Shown here: positions 28,001-40,679 of the stretch, one piece after another
How the letters are laid out: each line of letters starts with the position of its first letter
Position numbering within the stretch: position 1 is the first letter of the stretch
Origin: Owenia fusiformis
Taxonomy: Eukaryota
DNA length: 64,000 nt
Assembly (NCBI GenBank): GCA_903813345.2
Contig: CAIIXF020000001.1
Location: 28,086,001 to 28,150,000, forward strand
Direction: 5' to 3'
Notes under the pieces: generated by a model
The model's database searches: none
The model's input: only the letters and a program-made list of their open reading frames with translations
Told to the model about the DNA's origin: nothing
Made by a program: the position numbers and the translations under genes

Positions 28001-31000
28001 ATTGAGATGACATCGTCGCTGATTGGTTGAGCGAGTCGATCGTTGATTGGTTTAAAAATAGGTCAATTTGAAAACTTTGAAAACCAAGATGGAGGGTAAA
28101 CAAATATACGTACTTCCGGGAAAGGAGGTGCGCGACATGGGAAATCGTATGTCATCAATTGAATCATGAGGTTTCCCCTCCTCTTACAGCCTTTGATACA
28201 CTATCCAATCAAAACTTCTGGCTGCCAAACTGGTTGTGAACCTGCCATCTATCGTGATGTTTCCCACTACTTTCTATTGTACCGTCAGGAATTTTATTGA
28301 ATGTTGCAGCACATGCAGTAACATAAACTAATTCACATTTGTTTTAGAATTATAGCAGCAGTATTAGCATTGCTGGTTATCGTGGCGACAATATTTGATT
28401 GGTGTCGTATAACAGCATATGGTAAGATTCCAAGTAGGCATTTCCGTGACATTTGGCGTCATGACAACGGTTCATTCACCTCCTTTCCTAGAGATCAACA
28501 AATCAGGAAACGAATATCATCGGTTGCCAGTAGCAGTTCCAGCAACGTTAGCTACTTCTTAGACAAATCAGGGGAACCACCACCATACAGCAGTATATAT
28601 GTTTTATCGGATTTGAAACAGGGAAACGTGCAGAGATCAGTAAGCGAAGAATTCGCCAAAGGGGATGTTGCTGCCAAAGGGACGTACCAGGCCCCAAGTA
28701 AGAAAATCCAGTGTTTTAATGTGTTGTATGCCCATTAAATCATTCTGAAATTATATGATTGCATAACTGCTGAACCATTGCTATCCAGTACCATTTCTGG
28801 CCTGCTGTGACAAAATGTATCGCTTCTTCTTTACACTGAACGATATATTTATGTACATGTGATGCTTTCAGACAAGATGGAAAGACTTGCTCTTACATTC
28901 TCCGCCTATACAAACTTTAAGAAAATCTTGACTGGAAAGCATGCCCCGGGATCCTTTCAATGTCTCCATGGGATAAAAGTACTTAGCATGGGATGGCTCA
29001 TCTTTGCCAATACACATTTCTTCGGACTGGTGTTTGCGGAGAGTTGGACGACCAGTATGTATAATATAATTCAGTCACAATTGAATTATGATTTACTTTT
29101 TATGTATCTATTTGTGATTTATTATTCAACACATTTTTAACCTCTTTTTAGTTTCATTTCCTAGCCTTTACTTGATTTAACTTGTTTATCAGCTGTGGGT
29201 AATACTTTTGTTTGAAATAACATATTTTGCATTTTCGGACATGTGAAATTCTACACTATACTGAGTTAATGGCATCCGTCCATTTCAGAGAATCTATTAC
29301 CTGCACTGGATAGGATCAAATTGTACACTTTCCAACCAATTTTGAACGCCTATCTATCCGCCGATTCCTACTTCATGATGGCGTAAGTTGATATGATATC
29401 ACACAAATGTTGGGATCCTTGCTTAAAAGTTTTGAATAATTTATACGTTTGTTTGTCTAAGTGTATATGATATTTAGCTCACGAAATACTATAGTTTGGT
29501 ACACGGATCCCGAGCCAGATCCAGTCCCCATTGGTGGTAGGTTTTATTGAGCCTAGAGACCAATGGGAGAAATCTGACCGAGGTCCGTGGTTTGGTATTA
29601 ATTGTCTAATACTACATTTTTCCTAGGTTATAATTTTGTAACACTAGACATTTTTATATGTAAGGATGTTCTTCAGAATAATAATTTGCTTGGCTGTCCT
29701 TTTAGTGGAATGATTCTGACATACTCATTCCTGCACTTCCTGAATCGAAAGAGGGGAAAGTGGAACGCGAGGAAGATATTCACAACAGCAGTACATTATA
29801 TATTTCATCGCTGGTGGAGGTATGGTTTCTACAATGTTTTTATGGCCAGTGATGTTCATTACGGCCAATGATATTTATTTTAAGACCATGTTGCATTACA
29901 AGCGTTGCATTAAAAAGTATTTATATTAGCTCTAAAATGTTCATTTTCTAACTGTTCTTAAAAACGTTGACTTCATGAACTTCCACTATTCCTCTAGGCT
30001 GAGCATGGTATATTGGTTCTTGATGGCGTTTTATATCAACTTTCAACCATACAGTTCATTTGGACCCCTTAATCCCCGCATGGTCACTGACAGAACCAAC
30101 TGTCTCACACGGTGGTGGAAGAATATTCTCTATATCAATAATATTGTCAGGGACAGAGAGGGGGTATACTATACACTACACTACATTAAACATAATATCT
30201 TGGTTATAATAATGTGTATCTGTTAAATATATGAACTATTGTCTTTCGGTGTAGCATCAATTTTTTGTTGGATAATAGACAGAACTAGACAATTTTAGAA
30301 AAACACAATACATACAAGAATCCGGTGACGCAATGGATACCATTTATTTTTGTTTGATAATAAAATAGAACAGTTTTAGAAAAACACAATACAATCCATA
30401 TTTGTATAATCTATCAAATGAATTAGGTAATATGATGTATTCCATTTATTTTCTAGTGTATGCAGTACTCGTGGTTTATGGCCTGTATTATGCAGTTTTA
30501 TTGTGTATCTCCGCTGTTCTTGGTCCCACTTTTCTAGTATGTACTTACTAATATAGTAAACAAATAAAAAATAAACATTTCTTGGACTTTCTTAATTTTA
30601 TCAAAGAAGTTCTGATGTGTTTAAAGCGTATTGTAGGTAGGTACTGTATATGGTTAATCATCCATGACTGGACTACCGTGCATAGAGTAGATCATCTTTT
30701 CGACATGGACATTACCAATTGCTTGTGTCCATACATTTTTTCAATTCTACCTTTGTAGTTTTCCCCTAGTTGGAGTTTCGTTGCTGGCTCTTTTATTAGC
30801 AGGTAACCTCACAGCACTTGGGGTTCTAAATAACCGACTAGAAACAACATATAGTGGGTAAGTAAATAAAACAGTTTTAAACTGGACGTTTGTGTGTTTT
30901 CTGTTCGTTTTAATTGAATTTCAAATACTGTCCTTCGGTCTTTCGCATTTGTTATAACTTCGCATTGCAATTGGGTAAGATGTCCGTGATGACTTAAGAT

Positions 31001-32384
31001 ATCATGATTGTGCTTAACTTTCAGAAATAACACGAATAATATAGCAGGATACAATGCAGATTTCAACTTTGATATTAATATCAAGCCATACACCCGTATT
31101 GGTCCTTATGTTGTTGGAATGTTAATAGGGTTTATACTCTATAGGTATAAATGCCAGTTCCCAAAAGTCAGATTCCCAAAGGTAATCCAAATTCATAATT
31201 CAAATCAAATCATGTTCCTATCTCATCAAAGTATTCTACTGTATGTTGCATGCATACATCAGAAATAGAGAGCAATAATTGCATACGTTTCAGGGCGTAT
31301 ACCAAATAAAATAAAATAGAATCCGTGTAATTTTAATTCTTGCCATGCTCCATCTCCTAAACATTTAATGATCAAGCATTATCCCAAAGACATGCGTACA
31401 CTTCAACATTGATAAAAAGGTGTTTATTTTCGCTAAGAACTTGCTATCAGTGAATGTATTGTGCATCGGTGGCATAAATTTTCAGACGTTGAACATCATC
31501 TGTTGGATCCTTGCTATTGTGTTATGCAGCACTGTTGCATATGGCACATATAGCAAGAACATGGAGAATGGGACAGACTGGACGAAGACACAGACTGTGG
31601 CATATGAGACTTTGGTTCACCTGACATGGTCCATTGGTCTAGGTTGGATCTGTTTCGCATGCATCACTGGTTATGGGGGTGAGAACTGTTTGGTAATGCA
31701 TTCAGATTCGGGCTTTGATCCATCATAATTATCACCGCTCTCTTTCTCAAGTCTGGATGTTTTCTCATGTAAGAGAACTACATATCCTACAAAATGACCT
31801 CTTTGGTAACAGCCTTATTGTTGTATCTATAAAAACATCACATGTCGTTCGCTTTTCTATAGGAGTAGCCAATAGTATACTCTCATGGAATGCATTCTTA
31901 CCTCTAAGTAGACTGTGCTATGCTGTTCACCTGTTACACCCCATAGCTATCAGTGCGTTCATATACGACCAACGGGATACTGTCATTATTACTGACGCAG
32001 AATTAGTAAGACCTTTTCGTATATTATCTCCTCTTGAATCATGTTTGATAGCCAAATTTCGTTTAATATATTATGTTTGAGAACAAACGATAATATAACA
32101 AAAACCTGTTACGGGCAGTTTCATTCTTTTGTAATACACTGGTAAAACAAAAATTATGTAGGCTGCCGGACTACTTTGGACGTCACAAATAATCATCAAC
32201 TTATTTTACTTAATTCAAGCAAATGTGGTGGTTGTCTCACGTGGGCTATTCACTTGGTACAGGCTTTCTTACTGCAATTCTGGTCGAATGGCCCACCCGG
32301 GAACTAGAGAAGGAGATCCCGCTTCAATGGAGGGTCTGGCGAAAACCGGATTCAGTCTCTTTGGACGATATGAAAAAGTCGTAA
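25032..32384 (+). CDS. Nose resistant to fluoxetine protein 6-like / O-acyltransferase-like protein (NRF domain + acyltransferase-3 membrane domain), 14 exons
   Basis: Phase-consistent exons 25032-25476, 25581-25786, 26930-27062, 27278-27359, 28348-28697, 28872-29054, 29289-29382, 29706-29819, 29998-30163, 30457-30536, 30759-30857, 31025-31181, 31486-31678, 31863-32005 plus terminal exon 32220-32384(TAA), i.e. 14 introns in total. Signal peptide; NRF motifs WAIEMFDASGKLPPGILQGN...GSFDQC, GKYC, GECIPQKC; AT3 motifs FSAYTN, CLHGIKVLSMGW, HRWWRL, WWKNILYINN, KPYTRIGPYVVG, FLPLSRLCYAVHLLHP, LVEWP. Confidence 0.9.
25886..26123. mobile_element. Intronic MITE with ~55-bp imperfect TIRs (PIF/Harbinger-like AGGGAG ends)
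   Basis: AGGGAGTTTACCTACACGTTTTAAGAG... versus the reverse complement of ...CTCTTAAAACGTGTAGCTTAACCTCCCT. The TSD is imperfect. Confidence 0.65.
27944..28185. mobile_element. Intronic MITE with 9-bp TSD (Mutator-like)
   Basis: ACAGCCTTT|AAGAGGGGGAGAACC ... GGTTTCCCCTCCTCTT|ACAGCCTTT; TSD copies at 27935-27943 and 28186-28194. Confidence 0.8.
29502..29589. mobile_element. 88-bp hairpin MITE with 8-bp TSD (P-superfamily-like CANRG ends)
   Basis: GTTTGGTA|CACGGA ... TCCGTG|GTTTGGTA, with internal complementary CCCATTGGT/ACCAATGGG. Confidence 0.75.
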
Positions 32385-32665
32385 TTGAACATTATATTTG
32401 TGAATTCATTTATATTGTACATAGAATCATATCTAATTTGCATATAACCAACAAACTATGACTGCAACTGTTAATGACTTTGACTATTTCAAAGTAGACA
32501 TCCTCGAAATATAGGGCTACTATAGTGAACTCTACTATTTGGCCTATTTCACAATATATATTATGTATTCTTCCTCAATGCCACGATAACTGTGTAACTC
32601 AGTATATGTATACGCATTGAAGGCCCGATTGATGGTTATGTATCATTATTCAGATACTATACTAG

Positions 32666-33158
32666 TAAGGGAGAGCGGGGTAAGAAGGGTCTTTGGGCAA
32701 AACGGGCCACCGAGGTTATTTTATCGTTTTAAAATATATATCGCCTGACAGGGGATCGATATGGCACCAACCTCACCGATATCATTCTTGATTTTGTTTC
32801 ATTTAAAATCCAAATTCAAACGGTGGCACTTTTCCTCCAAAGTGGCCTTGCTTGCGCCATTTCTGTAAGTCCGTGGTAAAAACCTACGATTCATTCAAAA
32901 TAGTTATTTGATAGAACGGCCTGTTTTGTAACACTGGGGTAAAATGTCTTGCCCCACACAAACCAATTCCCTCAATAGTAAGAAGCACATTTGCGATTCA
33001 GAAATTTATTTCAAGTCAAAGTTAATACCATTGTGTTTAGAAAACCAATTTTACTTGTTTCACATGGCTTCAGCGGACAGAAACCCTAGCAAAATATCTT
33101 CACACGTCGTTAAAAATGACTGCCCTTAGGGGACCCGTCTTGTCCCATTGTCCCCTTA
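32666..33158. mobile_element. Degenerate MITE with imperfect TIRs (pogo/Tigger-like GGGGAGA.GGGGTAAGA.GGG ends)
   Basis: TAAGGGAGAGCGGGGTAAGAAGGGTC versus the reverse complement of GACCCGTCTTGTCCCATTGTCCCCTTA. Confidence 0.5.
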
Positions 33159-33330
33159 CAATTACTCACTAGCATCTGAGACGGCATGCACGTTCGCTTG
33201 ATATGGTCGAAATTCCAAAGTCGAATGTCGGCTAAGTGGTTTCACATTTGAATTTTTGAAATGACGATTCTTCCCTTACAATAAAATTGTTAAGTAGTCC
33301 CAGAGGCAACCAAGCAATATTAGACAGTAG

Positions 33331-36300
33331 GCCTATTGGCGTGTGTTTTCTAAACAAAACAAACAAACGACTGTCCTAGCAACTAGATAAGTGATAAGCT
33401 ATATGACGTCATCGTCAGTGTAAGTGTGGCGCACGTCATAAGGTGAATGGTCGAACTTATATATGACGTAAATATATCACGTGATTGGAAACAGAAGTTG
33501 CCACCTAAACACTCATTGTATTTCAGATGTGAATAGGAAGTCTTGCAACGTTTACGCGTATTGGAATATATACTTTTGAAAATATTTATGAAAGAAACAG
33601 GAAATAGGCCACATAACTGAACACTCATCGTGTTTCAGATGTGAATAAGAAGCCTTGCTACTTTCTTACGCGTATTGGAATCGGGATTGGAATAGATACT
33701 TTTAGAAATATTTATGAAAGAAACAGGAAGACACGAAACAGAATACTCATCTTGTCTTCAGACGTGAATAAAAAGCCTAGCTACGTGCTTACGCCTACTG
33801 GAATAGATAATTTAAGAAATATTTCAGAAAGAAACAGAAAATAGGGAAGAGACAACTGAACACTTATCGTGTTTCAGACGTGAATAAGAAGAGATAAGAA
33901 GCCTTTGCCATGTTCTTACGCGTATTGAAATAGACTGATTATTTCAGAAATATTTAAGAGAGAAACAGAAAAATAGGGAACGAAACTGAACACTCATCGT
34001 GTTTCAGACGTGAATAAGAAGACTTTGCCAAATCCTTACGCGTATTGGATTAGATAATTTATTTAAGAAATATTTAAGAAAGAAAACAGAAAAATAGGCC
34101 ACGTTACTGAACGCCCATCGTGTTCCTGACGTGAATGAGAAACATTTGCCATGTTCTTACGCGTATTGGATAAGATCGTTTAAGAAACAAACAGGAAAAC
34201 AGGCCACGTAACTGAACACTCATCGTGTTTCAGACGTGAATAAGAAGCCTTGCATCGTTGTTACGCGTATTGGAATAGATAATTTAAGAAATATTTAAGA
34301 AACAAACAGGAAAAACAGGCCACGTAACTGAATAACCATCGTGTTTCAGACGTAAATAAGAAGCCTTGCTACATTCTTTACACGTTTTGGATTAGACAAT
34401 TTAAGAAATATTTAAAAAAGAAACAGGTAAAACAGGTCACGTATCTGAATACTCATCGTGTTTCAGACGTGAATAAGAAGCATTTCCATGTTCTTACGCG
34501 TATTGGATAAGATCATTTAAGAAATATTTAAGAAACAAACAGGAAAAACAGGCCACGTAGCTGAACACTCATCGTGTTTCAGACGTGAATAAGAAGCCTT
34601 GCTACGTTCTAACCCGTATTGGATAAGATCATTTAAGAAATATTTAAGAAACAAACAGGAAAAACAGGCCACGTAACTGAACACTCATCGTGTTTCAGAC
34701 GTGAATAAGAAGCCTTGCTACGTTCTAACGCGTATTGGAAAATATCATTTAAGAAATATTTAAGAAACAAACAGGAAAAACAGGCCACTTAACTGAACAC
34801 TCATCGTGTTTCAGACGTGAATAAGAAGCCTTGCTACGTTCTTACGCGCGTTGGATTAGATAATTTAAGAAATATTTAAGAAACAAACAGGAAAAACAGG
34901 CCAAGTAACTGAACATTCATCGTGTTTCAGACGTGAATAAGAAGCCTTGCTGCTACGTTATTACGCGTATTGGATTAGATAATTTAAGAAATATTTAAGA
35001 AGCAAACAGGAAAAACAGGCCACGTAACTGAACATTCATCGTGTTTCAGACGTGAATAAGAAGCCTTGCTACGTTGTTACTGGTATTGTATTAGATAATT
35101 TAAGAAATATTTAAGAAACAAATAGGAAAAACAGGCCACGTTACTGAATACTCATCGTGTTTCAGACGTGAATAAGAAGAGATAAGAAGCCTTTGCCATG
35201 TTTTTACGCATATTGGATTGTTAGTTTAAAAAATATTTAAGAAAGAGACAGGAAAATAGGCCACATAACTAGACACTCATCGTATTTCAGACGTGAATAA
35301 GAAGCCTTGCTACGTTCTTACGCGCATTGGATTAGATAATTTAAGAAATATTTAAGAAACAAACAGGCCGGGAAAAACAGACCACGTAACTGAACACTCA
35401 TCGTGTTTCAGACGTGAATAAGAAGAGATAAGAAGCCTTTGCCGTGTTCTTACACGTATTGGATTGTTAATTTTTAAAAAAAATTAAGAAAAAGACAGGA
35501 GAATAGGCCACATAACTAGACACTCGTCGTGTTTCAGACGTGAATAAGCCTTTGTCACATCCGTACGCGTATTCAGACGTGAATAAGAAGCATTTCTATG
35601 TTCTTACGCCTATTGGATGAGATCATTTAAGAAATATTTAAGAAACAAACAGGAAAAACAGGCCACGTAACTGAACACTCATCGTGTTTCAGACGTGAAT
35701 AAGAAGAGATAAGAAGCCCTTGCCATGTTCTTACACGTATTGGATTGTTAATTTTTTTAAAAATTTAGAAATAGACATGAAAATAGGCCACATAACTAGA
35801 CACTCATCGTGTTTCAGACGTGAATAAGCCTTTGCCACATCCGTACGCGTATTGAATTAGATGATTTAAGAAATATTTAGAAGGAAACAGGGAAAACAGG
35901 CCACGTAACTGAATACCCATCGTGTTTCAGACGTAAATAAGAAGCCTTTGCCATCTTCCTACGCGTATTGGATAAGATAATTTCAGAAATATTTAAGGAA
36001 GAAACAAGAAAACAGGCCACGTATCTAACACCCATCGTGTTTCAGACGTGAATAAGAAGCCTTTGCCATGTTCTTACGCGCATTGGAATAGATTATTTCA
36101 GAAATATTTAAGGAAGAAACAGGAAACACAGGCCATGTTACTGAGCACTCAACGTGTTTCAGACGTGAATAAGAAGCCTCTGCAATGTTCTAATTACGCG
36201 TATTGGAATAGATTATTTCAGAAATATTTAAGGAAGAAACAGGAAACACAGGCCACGTAACTGAGCACTCAAAGTGTTTCAGACGTGAATAAGAAGCCTC

Positions 36301-37538
36301 TGCCATGTTCTAATTACGCGTATTGGAATAGATTATTTCAGAAATATTTAAGGGAGAAACAAGAAAACAGGCCACGTATCTACTGATCTAACACTCATCG
36401 TGTTTCAAACGTGAATAAGAAGCCTTTGCCACATCCACACGCGTATTGGATTAGATAATTTCAGAAATATTTAAGGAAGAAACAGAAAAATAGGGGACGA
36501 AACTGAACACTCATCTTGTTTCAGACGTGAATAAGAAGACTTTGCCAAATCCTTACGCGTATTGGATTATAGATAATTTAAGAAATATTTAAGAAAAGAA
36601 ACAGGAAAAACAGGCCACGTAACTGAATACCCATCGTGTTTCAGACGTGAATAAGAAGTCTTGCTACGTTCTTACACGTATTGGATTAGATAATTTAAGA
36701 GATATTTAAGAAACAAACAGGAAAAAACAGGCCACGTAACTGAATACCCATCGTGTTTCAGACGTGAATAAGAAGCCGTGCTACGTTCTTACGCGTATTG
36801 GATTAGATAATTTAAGAGATATTTAAGAAACAAACAGGAAAAAACAGGCCACGTAACTGAATACCCATCGTGTTTCAGACGTGAATAAGAAGCCTTGCTA
36901 CGTTCTTACGCGCATTGGATTAGATAATTTAAGAGATATTTAAGAAACAAACAGGAAAAAACAGGCCACGTAACTGAACACCCATCGTGTTTCAGACGTG
37001 AATAAGAAGCCTTGCTACGTTCTTACGCGCATTGGATTAGATAATTTAAGAGATATTTAAGAAACAAACAGGAAAAAACAGGCCACGTAACTGAATACCC
37101 ATCGTGTTTCAGACGTGAATAAGAAGCCTTGCTACGTTCTTACGCGTATTGGATTAGATAATTTAAGAAATGTTTAAAAGAAAACTGGAGAAACAGAGGC
37201 CACCTAACTGAACAGAGGCCACCTAACTAAGAAGCCGCCACGTTCTAACCCGGATTAGATAATTTAAGAAAAATGAATAGAGAAACAAAAAAACAAGCCA
37301 CGTAACTGAATATCCATCGTGTTTCAGATGTGAATAAAAAACCTTGCTACGTATTTACGCATATTGGATTAGATAATTTAAGAAATATATAAGAAAGAAA
37401 CAGGAAAACAGGCCACATAACTAAAACCTCAACGTGTTTCAGAAGTGAATGAGAAGGCAAGGGGCATAGCCCCGAGGCCATTATTTTTCCTAAGACCCAA
37501 GACGAATTGTTTATCTAACTAAAACCACACAATAGGCA
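33331..37538. mobile_element. Possible Helentron/HINE-like non-autonomous element carrying the satellite array
   Basis: Left GCCTATTGGCGTGTGTTTT followed by an (AAAC)n microsatellite. Right AAAACCACACAATAGGC (inverted counterpart), preceded by a GGGGC-ATA-GCCCC stem-loop at ~37461-37473. Confidence 0.45.
33505..37455. repeat. Tandem satellite array, about 34 units of ~116 bp
   Basis: Consensus CACTCATCGTGTTTCAGACGTGAATAAGAAGCCTTGCTACGTTCTTACGCGTATTGGATTAGATAATTTAAGAAATATTTAAGAAACAAACAGGAAAAACAGGCCACGTAACTGAA. Example unit starts: 34566, 34682, 34798. Confidence 0.97.
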
Positions 37539-38110
37539 ATGACTCGTATCAAAGGTAAGTCCATGATCCAATTTTAGGAAAAATTGATTTTTTTATTGAC
37601 TATGAGGTAAGTGTATTAAGAAGTGAGTGGGTGTAGTTAAGCTTCAGTGAACTGCATTTAACATGGCATGTATAGTTTTAAGTTTGTTTCTTTTGTGTTT
37701 ACTATTCAACTATTGAAAGAACGAATAGGGTACTTAACCTTCTGAGCACTGCATGAGCCGGTCAATCATATTTTGTGCCACATTGGTTTTGGATAGCTAA
37801 TGCTGAATGCCAAGTGTACATTCTTAAAAGAATAGAAAAATAATGCACTCCTCTTTGTTACAGCTTTCTATTGTGTTGCTACCTAAGTGTGGTTTAACCT
37901 CATATAGATGGATTTTTAATGTATAATTCAATTTAGAAACTGACAAAGACAAAACTTGCCAAGAAAATGAACGCATATCGTGTATCAGACGTCGATCAGT
38001 GAATAAGTATATGCTCGAGGATGTATATAACACAAACGTAAGAAAGATAATAAACGTAGAAGGTGTCATCTATCGTTCGTGTTGCGAAAGAAAAACAAAA
38101 CGTCTGACAC

Positions 38111-38124
38111 GTTAATATGGTAAC
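38111..38124. promoter_or_regulatory. RFX X-box-like motif upstream of paralogue A
   Basis: GTTAATATGGTAAC; also GTTACCTGATAGC at 38499-38511. Confidence 0.35.
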
Positions 38125-38632
38125 CGTATTTTGTTAAATGTTTTTCATATTTATTTCATGTCTTTCCTAAAATGCAATCGTTGTTTTAATATAGAGGTCG
38201 GTGATGATATTTTTTCTGGTATTGATGAGAACATTGATGGATCGCACCTGTCTAATAATCAATCCACCGTTTTACTATCTCTGCTTCGGGATTTATTGCG
38301 AAATAGCGTGTATGAAAAGAAGATAACAATTAATTGCACTAACTCCACACATGGGAAACAACCATTTCCACACAACTAAACTTAAGATAATTTTTATTTC
38401 TGGCGATATATCCAAATCCCCTTGAAAGATTCTGACAACTCTCTGTGAATTCTGGATCTGTTTATCTAATCCGTCGGGACTTAGAAGATGCTATTCGTGT
38501 TACCTGATAGCCCATTGCTGTTGGCTTACTTTGATAGACTACTACACCAACTCCTACTTCAAATCATCTGCACTACTAGAGATATAGAGCCTGCTTTTTG
38601 AATAATTGCTCAATAATTAATAAAGAGAAAAA

Positions 38633-40679
38633 ATGGCCAATTTGGATGTTCCTCAGCTACAGAAGGATTATGCCGATTCTGGTGATGAATGGCATGATGC
38701 CGAGCAGGAAAACACTAATGTAGAACAATCTGGAAATAGCTCCTGTTCAGCTGTCGAGCAACAATCTCACCAGTCAAAAAATATAAACGTCGAAGAACAA
38801 CAGGGAGGAGGTAGTAGGTCGGCAAATGCAATAAATCATCGGAAAACAATTCCAATAGAAGCTCAAGTTAATTCAACTCATAAGCAAGAGTCAAAATCTC
38901 AACAAAAGATAGAGGATTCTAAAATGTCTGCACCCGGAGACGACGAGGAAACGGTGTGTTTAAAGTACCAGCCACACGCATGGAAAAAAGGAGTTTGTAA
39001 CATTTGCTTTAAACCCCGGGATGAGCACCCGGCTGATGGTCAAGCTGAACCTGTGATTGACGAAAGTCTGAGCCTTGCGGCGAAGCTGGAACAAGCAGCA
39101 AAACGCGTCAAAGAATTGGAATCGCAGATCAAAGTTGTCAAACACAAGTAAGTCAGTTAATTTTTGCTCATTTCTATGACTACCAGCCTTCAATACGCTC
39201 AATACCCCTTTCAATATCTTCCTTCACAACAGGTAAAAAACATTTTCACGAATTCAATGGGAATGTAGATATTCTTCAGTCATTGTGGTGCAGCCTTGTA
39301 TACTCCAAAAGAAAACATAAGGATAATTGCTTGTATTCTGACCTGCAAAAACGGGGACCTTAAGAAAACTATTTTCCTCACATCTTCACACTCAATCGGG
39401 CAAAAGATCAGCGAGGAGAAAATAGTCCATGGAGGACAATTTTACACGTTTCACGTAAACGTACTTCAAAACAGTGCTCACTTAACCTCCCTATCATTTA
39501 GCGAGACGGCTCAGTAACACACACATCTATAGGCCTCGTTTCCACCATTCCTTCTCAATTACACACTTTGTGCTATTTACAAATATTAGATAACTTTGAT
39601 TAGTTGATACGTTACCCTTTGCAACTCGTCGACACTGTTTTTCTGAGAGAGTATTAGTAGATCTAGCCTATAGACATCAATTTCACATTTGAATTCAAAC
39701 TGAGTTCTAGAGATCGTCAATATACTTTTAACTATCAGCATGGCTGAAAAAACTTGAACTGTATCTGATGTAGTCAGTTTAGGGTAGAATGGCTACTGTT
39801 TTGTCTGTAGAATCAGGGTAGTGTATGGCGGGTGATTAATCAAATGATGTAATCCAGATCCATACACTTAGGTCTACGTACTCATTCTAAGAGTTTGACT
39901 AGTTATTCAGAAGTGGGAGAAAATTAACATTGTACGTACTTGCATATGCGTCTGAAGTTAAATGAAGAGTTGTCCATTTATTGCGAATATGTTGAAAGTT
40001 GTAAGTTTTATGGGCTCTTTATTGGGCCTTCATGGCTGACTTTCAGGATATTACTTCCTATATCTCCGGCCAATACTACCCTTGTGATATATCATCACAC
40101 CTCACATTACCGAAAATTTCAAAATGGATGGCCTATGAAATAACTAGTATAGGTATAGTAATTTTAATCAACATATATTTGTCTCTGCGAATATTTTCAT
40201 TAACCCTATCACTGAAACTAGTTGATTTCTCCACAAGAATTCTCTAGAAGACATACCAATTCAAATACCGTCGCGACAAGAAATGTTTTGGCATAGTATA
40301 TTTTAGAAGGGAGAGTTAAAAGTAAGATCGTGTGTATAACGGACAAAATAAGTGAATTCTCTTAATTGGGCGTCATCTTTTTATCAAATATTTAATCCTG
40401 TCAATTTTTTTCTTTTTCGCTCATTCCATACACATTTAATTTGCTGTGTTTAAAACGTTTTTATTGATATTTTCCAGTCACTCCGTCCTCGACGAACAAT
40501 ACACTGAGCTCGAAGACAGTGTCCTTGATAGGGAAGACCAAATCCAGCAAGTTCGGAACGGCGCCGTACACGAAATAAAAGACCTCGAAGAACGTTTAGG
40601 AATGCTCGAAGATGAAAATCGTAAATTGAATAACAGACTACAGGATGTACAAAAACGTAGACCAGTAAAGCTTTTCTAG
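38633..40679 (+). CDS. Uncharacterised ~238-aa protein: disordered N-terminus, C-x12-C-x2-C-x6-H motif (PEAK1/PRAG1/MPRIP N-terminal type), coiled coil (paralogue A)
   Basis: Exon 1 (38633-39147) ends AA|GTAAGT. Exon 2 starts TTTCCAG|T at 40478 (phase 2) and ends TAG at 40679. Motif CLKYQPHAWKKGVCNICFKPRDEH at 38957-39028, followed by a heptad-rich tail. A paralogue lies 6 kb downstream. Confidence 0.82.

Noticed and set aside
33505-37455. CRISPR-like appearance (palindromic constant segment plus variable segment)
   Set aside because: The variable parts are homologous to each other rather than unique spacers, the context is eukaryotic, and no cas genes are present.
33505-37455. Hammerhead ribozyme or micro-exon array (TTTCAG|AC|GTGAAT in each unit)
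   Set aside because: No CTGATGA...GAAA core with the required stems on either strand. The splice-like motif has no host gene spanning the array.
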